From a virus: a stretch of 64,000 nt of DNA. The stretch's first letter is position 1, and each line of letters starts with the position of its first letter. The position numbers and the translations under genes were made by a program. Location of the stretch: IMG/VR virus record IMGVR_UViG_3300023116_000009, positions 122,088 to 186,087 of that record. The stretch is one strand, 5' to 3'. Positions 47,301 through 58,100 of the stretch are shown in pieces. The notes under the pieces are model-generated. The model was given only the letters and a program-made list of their open reading frames with translations. It was not told the DNA's origin and made no database searches.

Positions 47301-50300
47301 CATTCAGTTGGTGCAAATCCAGTATTTGGATCCACATTCATTGAGAATCGCGTTGCAGTATAATCACCTTCAACTTCAGTGACAGTTTCGGGCAATCTTC
47401 TTTCATCTACCCAGTCGTCTGATGCTGGGAATACTTGCATCAAACCAACCCAAGAAACAACAGCAAATGGATTTACATTTTCAGAAACTGCTGCATATGG
47501 TTGCTCAATTAGCAATTGATCAGTGTAATCTAACATGATCAAATCGCCTTTGATGTAATTTGTTGGCGTTGTTTTGTATTTGAGTTGAACGTTTGTGGTG
47601 TAATTTTGAGGTCTCAGTTCTCCCTCTTCAAAATCAATACCGCAACTATAATTTGGGTGAGCAGCATTACCGATATTATGACTTGTAAAATTATCAACTA
47701 AGAATCCATTCTTAAGTCGATTTAGATTACTTCCATCTGGAATGAATAAATTCTGAGTATCTGATTCAAGTAAACTCAATTGAGTGTAGTATTCTACATT
47801 TTCAATTCTTCTCTCAAGTTTGCCAATATCTCTCATGGTGTATCTTCTATTTGTACTTCTTTCGAAATACACCTTATCAAGATTTCTAATATATGCAGGC
47901 ATGGTAATAGTACCAACCTTCATCGCATTTGCCAGAGAATCATCTGGTTTTTTGGGTGTTAGTGCAGGAATCCCTTTCTTATTAATAAAGTTTCCATTCT
48001 TATCCAAATACAAATCATCAATTCTTCCAAGATAATACTCAATATCTCCATCAAGAGTTCCAATTGGACCAATGTATGCTGCAAAATTATAATTTCTTTC
48101 ATTAAAATCAGCAAGAGTTGCACCACCACTAATTTGAGTTAGATCAATAGTGTATGGAGTTGTATAATCGCCATTTCCAGAAAGAATAGGAGTTTGATTA
48201 GTTCTCCAGTCAATTACGTTACTGAGATAAATTTTATTATCAGAATCAATCTCATAATAAGGAATATCTGCATAATCCGCATCATAGTATGAATTTACAG
48301 TATAGAACTTACCAGGAACTTCATCTTTAAACCAATCAAATACAATCCAAAGCTTTCCTTCAGTTCTATTAGATACTGATGCCTTTCTCAAGGAAGACCA
48401 ATTAAATGATTGTGGAGTTTGTCCATCGTTTAGTTTATATCTAGCACTAATGTCAATAGCGCCATTACTATCAACAGTGTCAATTACTCTCTTTACTGCA
48501 GTGTCCTTGCCGAACAATTCTTCATTAGCAACAAATCTGAGATCACCAACATATGTAAAATAAACAGTAGTCCCACTTTGACTCAGAATACGCCCCTTTG
48601 CTCCACTAGTTCTTCCTTCTACAACTTCACCAATATCAAAACTACCAGAACCATTTTCTAATGTTAATTTTGGAATAGCATCTGCTTTACTATCAACGTT
48701 ATAAATTGCATGAATTTGGGATGCTCTAGTTAATCCCAAATAAAGAGTTTCGTCATTAATATCATACTTATTAGTAGCACTATCAGTTTCCAATTGCAAA
48801 ATTCTCATTTTTTGATGAGAAGTTAAAGTTACATTAGGTTCACTAATTTTTTGACGACCAAACAATACAAATGCAGCGTTAACACCAGAATTAGATCTTC
48901 CAGTAACTGTAGCAGTTAAAGTTCCACCAACAACACTACTGATTGTAAGTCCAAGAGTTTGAGCATCTTCATTTTCCATTCTAATTGTATAATTAGAAGC
49001 GGTTGTGTCGTAGTATTCACCAGTAATAGTGATGGTATCTCCTGCAGAAGTACCGTTATAATATGTTAAAACATCTTGTGCTTTAAGATCTGTAATTGCT
49101 TTAATATCATTTTGACCATATACTTCATAGAAAAATGGTACTTGGGTTCCAGTAACTTTACCGCTACCAGTAACTAAAATATAATCAGAAGTTCCAACAT
49201 TAATTCTATCGGCATCTCTAGCAACATATGCACTATTAGTAATTACTAAGTTTGCTAAGCGCACATAGTTTTCTGTAGCACTTTGCGTATATGAAATTAA
49301 ACTTGCTCTACCAATTTCGGTAGAACCTGTTTTTAAAATTACTTGTCTATTTGTCGAACCGATTACAGAAATAAGATCAGATTCTGTAATCTTATTCGAT
49401 GCATTCAAATTAAATCTAGATCCTCTAAAGTCAGCATAAATTGTTTGATTATTTCTTGACTCTGTAGTTCTTGGTTTTTCAATATCTACATAAGTATTTG
49501 CAATAGTTTCGATTTCATATCCACGAACGTATGCCTTTCCTGGAGATACTACAATTTCAAACAAATCATCAGATGCAGTATTCTCTTGATCAGTTTCAGT
49601 TTCAATCTCAAATATACCACCATTAACACCATCGTCAAGACACTCGTCAGTGGTAAAATCATACTGTGTTACTTCATAATCACCAGATTCATCATATGTT
49701 CTTCTTGCAAGAGTATCTTCTAAAGTTCTTGCAATTTGCGCTCTAGAACTAGCAACAATCTCTTCACACTTACCTTCATTAAGCTTTAATAATTCAATAA
49801 AGTTAATTACTGTGGTATCGTCTAGTGCTTTTTTAACTAATACCGCTCTAAACTTTAATCTGTGTGCTCCAGGAGCAGAATAGTTTGAATATCCTTGAGA
49901 AGGATCATTTAAAGTTTCGTCATCTTCTGGTGTAATGATCTCTTCTAAAACTTGCAGACCAACTCTATATGATGGAGTTACTCCAAATTGATCAAGAACA
50001 ATTTCTTGTTCAGGAACAGATACAAAATTACCTTTGATGAAATAAATGCCTGCTGTAATTTTTGCAGAAGATCCAACAGCAGTTGCTTGAGAAGTTATAC
50101 ATTTTGCAAAATCAGTATTCTCTTGAATTACTGTAGTTCCTAAGGAGAACGTTTGTTCAGTAATAATAATTTCATCATCGATAAATTCAGTATACTGATT
50201 TCCATTAGCATCAGTATTACCAGCATTAATATATTTGAGATAAAGAGTTGTTTTACCTTTCTCAGATTGGTCTGAGGTCAAAGCATTAACAATTTTTGCT

Positions 50301-50647
50301 TTAACACCAGAAGTGTTACCTCTGATTGTTTTACCAACAATGATGGAATTTCCATTACCATCTTTATTAGTAACTAAAGAGTTTGATTGAATTCCAAAAT
50401 ACTCATCTTCAATTAAGATAGCATTATATTTTAAGTCATAAGCAATCTGACCAGGGATGACCATAGCGCCATCTCTGTAAATACTAGAACCAAACTTTTC
50501 AATCTGATCCTGAAGGATAGATTGTAAAGTCGTCAGTTCCCTTGCCTGAAGAGGAAACCCAGGACGAAACAGAACTTTATGAAAATTGTCGTTTGGGTCA
50601 AAATCCTCAAAGTATGGAGGAGTGTTCAGATTAGTGGACTGCGGCAT
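44339..50647 (-). CDS. VrlC-like / DUF4815-type large baseplate-associated structural protein
   Basis: PYFEDFD...KVLFRPGFPLQARELTTLQSILQ, ARRTYDESGDY, RYTMRDIGKLERRI, KNGFLVDNF, DPLAQSF, GVLFKSQNASTWT. Confidence 0.88.
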   Translation of the reverse strand: MPQSTNLNTPPYFEDFDPNDNFHKVLFRPGFPLQARELTTLQSILQDQIEKFGSSIYRDGAMVIPGQIAYDLKYNAILIEDEYFGIQSNSLVTNKDGNGNSIIVGKTIRGNTSGVKAKIVNALTSDQSEKGKTTLYLKYINAGNTDANGNQYTEFIDDEIIITEQTFSLGTTVIQENTDFAKCITSQATAVGSSAKITAGIYFIKGNFVSVPEQEIVLDQFGVTPSYRVGLQVLEEIITPEDDETLNDPSQGYSNYSAPGAHRLKFRAVLVKKALDDTTVINFIELLKLNEGKCEEIVASSRAQIARTLEDTLARRTYDESGDYEVTQYDFTTDECLDDGVNGGIFEIETETDQENTASDDLFEIVVSPGKAYVRGYEIETIANTYVDIEKPRTTESRNNQTIYADFRGSRFNLNASNKITESDLISVIGSTNRQVILKTGSTEIGRASLISYTQSATENYVRLANLVITNSAYVARDADRINVGTSDYILVTGSGKVTGTQVPFFYEVYGQNDIKAITDLKAQDVLTYYNGTSAGDTITITGEYYDTTASNYTIRMENEDAQTLGLTISSVVGGTLTATVTGRSNSGVNAAFVLFGRQKISEPNVTLTSHQKMRILQLETDSATNKYDINDETLYLGLTRASQIHAIYNVDSKADAIPKLTLENGSGSFDIGEVVEGRTSGAKGRILSQSGTTVYFTYVGDLRFVANEELFGKDTAVKRVIDTVDSNGAIDISARYKLNDGQTPQSFNWSSLRKASVSNRTEGKLWIVFDWFKDEVPGKFYTVNSYYDADYADIPYYEIDSDNKIYLSNVIDWRTNQTPILSGNGDYTTPYTIDLTQISGGATLADFNERNYNFAAYIGPIGTLDGDIEYYLGRIDDLYLDKNGNFINKKGIPALTPKKPDDSLANAMKVGTITMPAYIRNLDKVYFERSTNRRYTMRDIGKLERRIENVEYYTQLSLLESDTQNLFIPDGSNLNRLKNGFLVDNFTSHNIGNAAHPNYSCGIDFEEGELRPQNYTTNVQLKYKTTPTNYIKGDLIMLDYTDQLLIEQPYAAVSENVNPFAVVSWVGLMQVFPASDDWVDERRLPETVTEVEGDYTATRFSMNVDPNTGFAPTEWNAWQTQWSSRGFSSTTNRRAERRDQHPFVRDVTSWSSWSITRQTRTGIRTRVTPRLDRKVLGDRVVDTKYARFKRSRNFSITAFRLKPNVRVYPFMEGKAIAAYTTPKIIGIEMRGNRVFQTGEDIVLIGAGGSSDAPRIRFGPFRGRKFRCKLAAPFGAIAKSGKNYLIDPYSGDEITITSYNLSSTFLNLNISSMQQLDGQVYGGYLVEGDTIIGVTSGAIAKVTKKHLIADEKGNLRASVYIPDPNGKAALRFKVGESLVRLTDSPTNSQIPGVVDSSAEGTYSARGTILSKQLDTLLVRNAELTRDVVSQSRTLRSSSSGTSRGAWYDPLAQSFLVQEVGGCFISKIDVYFRTKDTSLPVTMQIREMVNGYPSSVVLATINKDPSDVSVSDDATAVTTFVFDSPVYLAELKEYCFVLLTSSVEYNVWLSEMGKDDLNGERISKQPYAGVLFKSQNASTWTTAEYQDMKFRIYRCKFNINETPVIEFTDDNSGELLFKPLRNDPIELTVNENGADRGYVKVYHANHGMFDESSFVEIKGVSSEVSAKLASDWTGQTGSGSPLELVDTSGTDSVRNLFYASGSVGSQDMIYNTGSSPTRNGILGATPSATNPGYLRIGEFIYTYDPTAVGTVTDGKFAITLISKITESNVPSGGFRGADGWEVELYVKNGIPLTLINTVHQNLKYITTDSYQLDLNAYRRNIDDANTTFGGPDVTASTNIAYTSMMPMISYKELPGTTVSSAYKGTSGTSLGDGKYSLPSPVKETWYTDSYRKDGAFTPVALNDTNYFNSPRLVASLINQERQMSNAKSFELQLTLSSNIDNLSPVIDTDRISVVTTQNRIANFDGTTNKAFFFDDATGTYDIGSSAEEDYNGAQYITKLVTLAQECTSLKVLFAAFNNQNTDIDLYVKLLVGDEEDPNKIPWQEVTSANYATLKRTDDFSDYDYQIDLTGDDTFTQYAIKIRMRSVNTCDIPLIKDLRCIALA

Positions 50648-50648
50648 C

Positions 50649-52142
50649 TTAGAACTCTAAAATAATTTTGAAATCTTCGGTCTGATCTTGTGCTCTGGAA
50701 ATTTTATTCCTATTATCTATGTAGACGATATTTCCAGACCCTCTAATAAGTTGAGGTGAAGAAACTGCATCTGCAGAATCTAGGATTGAACCACTAGTAC
50801 CAGATTGACCAATGGCAATATCGTCATTCCTTTCAAATGAGGTTCTTCTACCTCTAGAATCTAAACCATAATTAAAAATATTTTCCTGATGGAAATAGAT
50901 CTTGCTGGTTACGCCATCATCTTCATAATGAACAATAGTTCCAGTTGCTAATGGTAAAGTAGCATCTCCATCTCCACGAGTTGTCACACGAACCTGCAAA
51001 TCCTCCAATAAGGTTGGATCTGTAATTCCACTCAATGCAGCATCGAGAGTCATAACATGAGTTCCAATTGCAGTACTGGAAGGATTTCCAGTAAACGATG
51101 GATTAAGAATCAAACCAACAACCGTAAAATCATTCTTAAATACGAAATCATTTGGTTCTAATCTTGCATGAAGAACAATTCTATTTGCTCCAAGTTCTCT
51201 TGCAAAATCAACCGCAATCCCTTCTTTTGGCGAAATAATAGGAATTAATGAGGCATTAGATCCAGTTCCAGTAACTTCTTCACCTTGAGTATTTACAATT
51301 AAAGTATCTTCAATTTGACCATAAGTGTAAGAACTTCCTGGATTAATAACTTTAACTCCAGTGATACCACCTGAAGAGTTAACCGTAGTAACTCTTACTT
51401 GTGCATTAACGCCATCTCCAACAATGTTAAATGTATCATTTGTGCTGTATCCAGTTCCTGGTGCTTTAATATCTACTTTATAAATTGCACCACCATAGTT
51501 ACTGCTTGTTGGAATTTGATTACCAACATCAGAAGTTGCTGGAACAGGAATATATTCATCACTCTTAAACTTCTCAAAATCGTTAGCATTAACAGTAAAC
51601 ATGTATTTCCAGATGTAACCATCTGAAAGAATAAATGGCGATTGTGAAGTAGAAGAAGGTTCTACAGTAGATGCAGAGTTGCCTGCATTATCTAAACACT
51701 TATATACTTTATATTCAGAAGTAACAACATAAAAGTTAGTTTCATACAACTTGGGTTCATTACTCAATCCAAGTTCATAAATGATAGTGTTTCCATTGTT
51801 TTGAGTATTATCAATGACGCTACCATAGTCATGTCTATAATAATCATACTTAGTTCCACTCACCCACTTGTTATTTCTAATAACTTGTCTAATTTCTGAA
51901 GATGGAACTTTTTTGAGACCCACGATGTAATCGTAGATCTCAAATTCAGTGCTCTGATTATCAATTGGATTATCTGGTTGATTGACAACATTACCTTGAT
52001 AATCTTTCCACTCTTTTGGTCTAGCAAAAAATAACCAAAGACCTGTTTTAGTGCCCGTTGTATCGTTCTCATCGGACTCAACACGTTCCTTAAACCTTTC
52101 GGCAAGTAGAACTCTAAATTTGTCAGTAAGTAACGCTGCCAT
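50649..52142 (-). CDS. gp8: Baseplate wedge subunit
   Basis: AALLTDKFR, KYDYYRHDY, FYVVTSEYKVYKCLDN, DGYIWKYMFTV, SGNIVYIDNR..ISRAQDQTEDFKIILEF. Confidence 0.93.
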   Translation of the reverse strand: MAALLTDKFRVLLAERFKERVESDENDTTGTKTGLWLFFARPKEWKDYQGNVVNQPDNPIDNQSTEFEIYDYIVGLKKVPSSEIRQVIRNNKWVSGTKYDYYRHDYGSVIDNTQNNGNTIIYELGLSNEPKLYETNFYVVTSEYKVYKCLDNAGNSASTVEPSSTSQSPFILSDGYIWKYMFTVNANDFEKFKSDEYIPVPATSDVGNQIPTSSNYGGAIYKVDIKAPGTGYSTNDTFNIVGDGVNAQVRVTTVNSSGGITGVKVINPGSSYTYGQIEDTLIVNTQGEEVTGTGSNASLIPIISPKEGIAVDFARELGANRIVLHARLEPNDFVFKNDFTVVGLILNPSFTGNPSSTAIGTHVMTLDAALSGITDPTLLEDLQVRVTTRGDGDATLPLATGTIVHYEDDGVTSKIYFHQENIFNYGLDSRGRRTSFERNDDIAIGQSGTSGSILDSADAVSSPQLIRGSGNIVYIDNRNKISRAQDQTEDFKIILEF

Positions 52143-52161
52143 CGCTTGAAGGGTTTCTTTT

Positions 52162-52169
52162 TATTTATA
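52162..52169 (-). promoter_or_regulatory. Late promoter TATAAATA (gp8)
   Basis: Perfect consensus, intergenic, 20 nt upstream of gp8. Confidence 0.85.
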
Positions 52170-52174
52170 TGGGG

Positions 52175-55100
52175 TTAGAAATCGTATGTAATCAAATCAT
52201 TATAAGAAATTGTTTGGAAATCAATCATCAAATCATCATCAAGAACTTGATGTGAAATATTTCTACAGGTAACAATAGTTCCAGCATTCGGATCTGCTGC
52301 ATATGTAGTAATTGGATTTAATGGATCATCCAATTTCACATAAAGATATCTTGTTGTAGTGCTGGATCCCTCAAGAGTTTCTCCAGCAGTGTATCCGACT
52401 ACAGTGGCGGTTTTAGTGCCATTGTCATAGAAAATTTTAGAATCAATAGAAGATACTTTTAACTTGACATTATTAAATCCATTCAATCTAAGTTCTTGAC
52501 CATCAATATAGTCAGAACCTCTATTCACAACTTCAACCGAAGTAACTACACCAAATTCAACAGTAACATTAACAGTACCATTTTGACCAGGATCTCCAGG
52601 TTCTAATGGAAGTAATTCTACACCGTTTGTAATACCATTGGCAAATCCACTTCCAGAATCTAAAATGAACAAAGTACCAATTTCTCCAGCACTTGCAGTG
52701 GTCAATGTTCCAAATGTATCATTATCTGCTGTAGATGCCAATCTTACAATCTGATCGAATTTCAAATCGAATCCAAAGGTTAAATTACTAATAGTATCCA
52801 TATCTGGGGCAACAATTTGATGTGTCCCCGTAGCATTTGCTGAGATATTTACATATACCTCATTATCTAAGTTGTATTTATTAGATGCTAGTTTAATAGT
52901 ATGCTGATCAATTACTTTAACATAATATTGCTCACCAGAGGTTAATCCGCCAAAATCAGGGTTACTTTGATTATTATATGTAATTATAGTACCAGTGGTC
53001 ATTCCATGACTTTCAAAGATTCCAGTTCCACTAGTAACTTGAATTGTATCATTTGCTAGATCAACCTCACTAGAGGTAAAAGTATAATCTGTAGTATTCA
53101 GTTCATTGCGAACTGCAAAGTCAGAGTAAATGCAATTTACTCTACGTTGTGGGAAACTAGAATTTTCTGCAAGAGTGATACTAATAAATGCATTAATATC
53201 TGTACTTGTTGGAAAATCTGAGGAAATATTACTAATTTTTAAAGTTGGAATTGGTGTTGTTAGCAGAGTTGGCGATGTCAGTGGATATGGAGTATTTGTA
53301 AATCTAAGAATATTTGATGTTAATGTTCTTCTTACTCTTAAAGTTTCTCTAATATCTGCAGTTTGTACTAAATCTGTAAGCCAATATCCATTAGATCCAT
53401 CAAGCAATTGGGGTTTACTTGCATTAGAAACATTATTAATTTGACCAAATGAAGACCCAACAGAAAGTTTATCAGAACTTACGATAAGGTTTACCGCTCT
53501 TTCTCTTCTTTCATTACTTTGAATGATAGTGTCTCCTCTTTCTACAGGAGGATCTACGTCAATCTCTTCAAAGTCATCGTTAGAACCAACGAAAATGTAA
53601 CCCTCAAAAGTAGCGCCATTTTTGGGTGGAGCACTATATTCGACAATACTACCAAATAGTTTATACGCCGCCAAGGTAGATGGGTAAGCAGCAACACGTC
53701 CAACTTCTTCAGTTGATGGAATCTGTAAGGAACCATCAATAAACAGGAGTAAGTTTGCAGAAATATTTGCTTCTGGTCGTGATTTGGATACTAACGAGAA
53801 TACCTCATCATTAGTAGGGTTGATAAGGTTGAATGCCCTATCAGTGCCGTTAAATAGAGGTGACATGTCTTTGAGTGCCTTTACCTCTCCAAGGTAAAAT
53901 ACGTTGAATGGAGCGCCTTCTGGAGGTGCTTCAGTGAACGTTAGGACAGAATATTCATTTGGAGATGTTCCTAGAATATTAATCACATACGAATCATTAG
54001 CACCCTTCTTCTGAAGAATGCCATTTACAATAACAAAGATATCTTTATCAGTTTCAATATTAACTCTTGCACCCTTTTCTTTAAGTTCAAAAACAGTTTT
54101 ATCTCCATCAAACCCTCTTTGGAAAGAAGATACAGTTATTGTGTATGGGATAATTTTTTCAACAACTTTATTATCTGCATGATTGACTGCTTCAGTTCTT
54201 AACTGCCCACGATCAATAGTTAAAGTATTTGACGAGACATTTGTAACCTTAACGATTTCTACTTCGTTGATTACTAAGTAATCATTTAAAGCAAATCCAC
54301 TAGCATTGTCAACATCAATTGTAGTATCATCTTCGAGTACTCCGTAAGGTTCATTCAACAAACTGCTAGTTCCAGTTCTAAGTGAAGAAATAAGACCGCT
54401 TTCAAGTGTATCCCCTTGGGTAAATGCATCATCTCTGTCTGGCGCTGTAGTTTCAATTTGAATTACTACAAACTCACGATGAATAAATTTCAAATTTCCA
54501 TTTGATGGTAGATTTAAAGTTAATGTAGTTGAACCAATATTAGTGAGAGTCACTACATTACCAACAATTGCAGTAATTTCAAGTTCATCACTAGCATTAG
54601 AAACCAATCCTAAAGCAGGATTAAACTGAACCCTATCTCCAACTGCAATTCTAAGTTGTGAAGTCAATGTAATATCTACAGTAGCACCAACAGTAAGAGA
54701 ATAGTTAGTAACCCCAATCGAAATTGATTTGGTTATAATCTCTTCTGATTTATTTTTAATCAATGCAGAAGATGTAGAAGTATTAATATAATCACCAGTT
54801 ACAAAATTTTCAAATCCCTCTTTAACGTGCAATCTGCTAATACTTACATCATCAAATTGATAGTTTGGAGTTGTAGTAATGCCTTCTGGATCTTGCCTTT
54901 CATAAAGAAGACCAATAAATTGTCTACCAATTTCACTTCTATCTGATGCAGCATCTGGTAAAATGTACCTAGTTGGTGCCTCAAAGAATCTAATCTTTCT
55001 AACACCACTACTTCTAGTGTTGTAAACAACATAAGGGGTCTGTACAATACCTGCGATATCAACTACGTATTGCTCTGGATTGATTGTAAATCCAAGAGGA

Positions 55101-58100
55101 ATCTCCAATTGACCATCTTCAATTTTATATGTGTAATTATTATCTGTGATATCATGATACGATTCAATCAAAGAAACACCATTAATATCAATAATAATTT
55201 GTAAAGTGTCATAATTAAATCCATAGTCAAATACAGGATACTTATTACTATCTAATTCATAGTCATCTGGAGAAATAATAACACCATCAACAAACACGAA
55301 GTAATCTTGTTTTGAAGATGGATTTGTAGAAACATTAGATAACGTAACAGGTGTACCTGCATTAACTACCCCATTTGTAAGTTCATTCTTAATAAATGCG
55401 CTAGAATATCTAACTGAAATTTGAGTTCCAATTGGAAGGGTTTCTCCAGGGAATTCAATAGTTGGAGAACCTCCACCAGCAGAAATGGTAAAGTTTGCAT
55501 TTTCTTGTAAAGCACCATCAACAAATACCATATAGTTATTATTATCAATGGCACTAAAAATGCCTGCTGGCCAAACAGATCCATCTTGTTGATTTAATGC
55601 AAAAGTATCTCCCTCAACAGTACTATTCTGATTCATAGTATAGATGGAGTTTGCTTCATTAAATTGACGATATGATAAACGCTCTCCACCTGGCATTTGC
55701 TCCCCAGAATTTTCTTGAGCAGTAAATAGAATTACTTTATCTGCATCAATGACTTCCCATGAAGTTCCATATGTCTGAACGATATTATCAAGAAGAACGA
55801 CCATTTGATCGACTTCATAATCGACAATGTAGTTTGTAAATCCATTAAGTGTTGGTGTTACTGGATCGACAACTTTTAATTCAAATAAAGTTTTAACTCC
55901 ATCGAATTGATCTGAGATATCATCAAAAACTCCAACAATAGCAGTTTTGATGTTCAATACGTCAGTCAAAAGTTTATTTTCTACTAATACAGAATCAAAC
56001 TTATTTGGTTCATTTTTAGCAACTAAGAAATTGTATTTTCTTCTCAATTGAACTAATTCTGCAGCAGTTGTTCCTACTGTAGTGATAGAATTAGATCCTT
56101 TAATTAAATTACGCTCATCATAATTAGTTGATGGATCATCAACTGGTCTAAAGTTTTCAGAAAGAATACTTATATCTGGTGAACTAATTACTTCTGTTTT
56201 AGAGAACACTTTATACCCTGCTGGATGCAGAGCATTCAAATAGTTTTCCTTCCACTCAACAAATGGAGTTTGTACTCCAATTTGGTATGCAAATTTTTGA
56301 TATCTATTGCTATCTTGAATTTTTAATGCATTTGATCCAAGGAAAGACGATTCACCTAAGAATCTCTTTGGAGTTTGTACAATTGCATCTAATTTTGCAG
56401 AAGTTTCTACAACAAATACCCTGTCAACAATTCCCAATGCAAGAGTATTTAAACCAACAATCTCATCGTTCTCTAAAATTTTAGTTGTCAAATTAACGAT
56501 ACGAAGAATTGAATTATTTTCTTGCCAACCATTAATTGTTGATACTTCACCCTTCCCAACAACTACAGAAGAATTACCAATATTTCTAATAACATTGATT
56601 TTTTCTGATTCTGAGAATGGTGATTTTATAACAATAGCAGTTAATAAAGCATTTCTTTCTAAATTAATTACCTCAAAATATAATCCAGTAGCAGGCGTTG
56701 TAATGATGTTAGTAATATCATCAGACCAGTTAGATTGGTCTAATGGTTGTAAATTGACAGATCCACCTTGTGATCTTACCTTCAGAGATACATTGCCAAG
56801 GTAAGCATACATGAGGTTACTATCTACGTATGAATACGTATTTGTTGCTTCATCGCCAGCGTTTGCAAAGTAATATGCTCTAATTTTTACTGCATCATTT
56901 TCTTGGAAATACTCTTTAAAGTTAATGTTGAATGAAATATCTTCACCAGAAATAAAACTGACATAGTAATATTTTTCTGCAGTTAAAGTTGGTGACGATG
57001 CATATTTTGTTCCTGGACGAATAACATTAATACTTTCAATTGCCTGTCCAACAACATTTGCTGAAAACTCTGCATGATTCAAACTTTCATCAATGAGACC
57101 CCCACCAGTAACAATAATTCTGGGTTGGAATAGATATCCAGAACCACCATCACTTACCTCAACCCTATCAACAGTAAAGTTATTTTTTAACTGTACGATT
57201 GTTGGGAATACTAATGTTGGTTTTTGTGTGGGATCTGGACTATATCCATAACCAGAATTAATCGCTTTAACAGAAGAAATAGTACCAATATTTGAAGAAA
57301 CTGCTTCTAAAATAGCACCACTTCCATTTTCTGTAGTAATACTGGAGATTCTAGGAACTTGTTCATAGTTAACCCCTCCATTAGTCAGTGTTACTGAGTT
57401 AATTGGTCCAGTTGCAGTTTCTGAAGTTGTAGTATACTTAATTGTATTTTGGTTATATTGAGATAATAAATCTCCATTAGGATCTGGATCTGTACCAGTA
57501 TATACTTCAAAGAATCCTGATCCAGAGTTTACAACACTGTATGTGCCATTAATTGGTTCTGCTAAAATATTAAGAGCAATAATAGTGACATTACTATTAT
57601 CCAAGTTAATAACTTCCATGGCAAGATTTGTCAAATCAGAATCTTTTGGAGAAAGTGTAAATTTCTCCAATCTTCCAGAGGTGTCATATACTTTGATAAT
57701 TTCTATATCAAAGTATTCTTTCTTAGTATTTGCATCTGTAGAAGTATAAAACTTTACATCAATTGGTTTATATGAATTATTTGTATATGAAACATTAAAC
57801 TCATACTTTGATCCTTCATACAGCACTAAACCATTTGGATATGCAGCATTAAATAACTGACCAGTGGATAATTGCAGATTGCTTAAATTTGTTTGATAGA
57901 TATCAAACGATTCTGTAATCTTGGTTGCTGCCGAAATTGTAACTTCATCTCTAATCACAAGTCCATTATCATTAGCATTCAATTTACTTAAAATTCTATT
58001 TTCATCATAGTAAGTAACTGTCGCAGTGCTAAAGAATAATCTATCTACTTCGGATCTTGCAACATGATCTGCAAGAGAAGTATCTAATACCTCTCTTTCT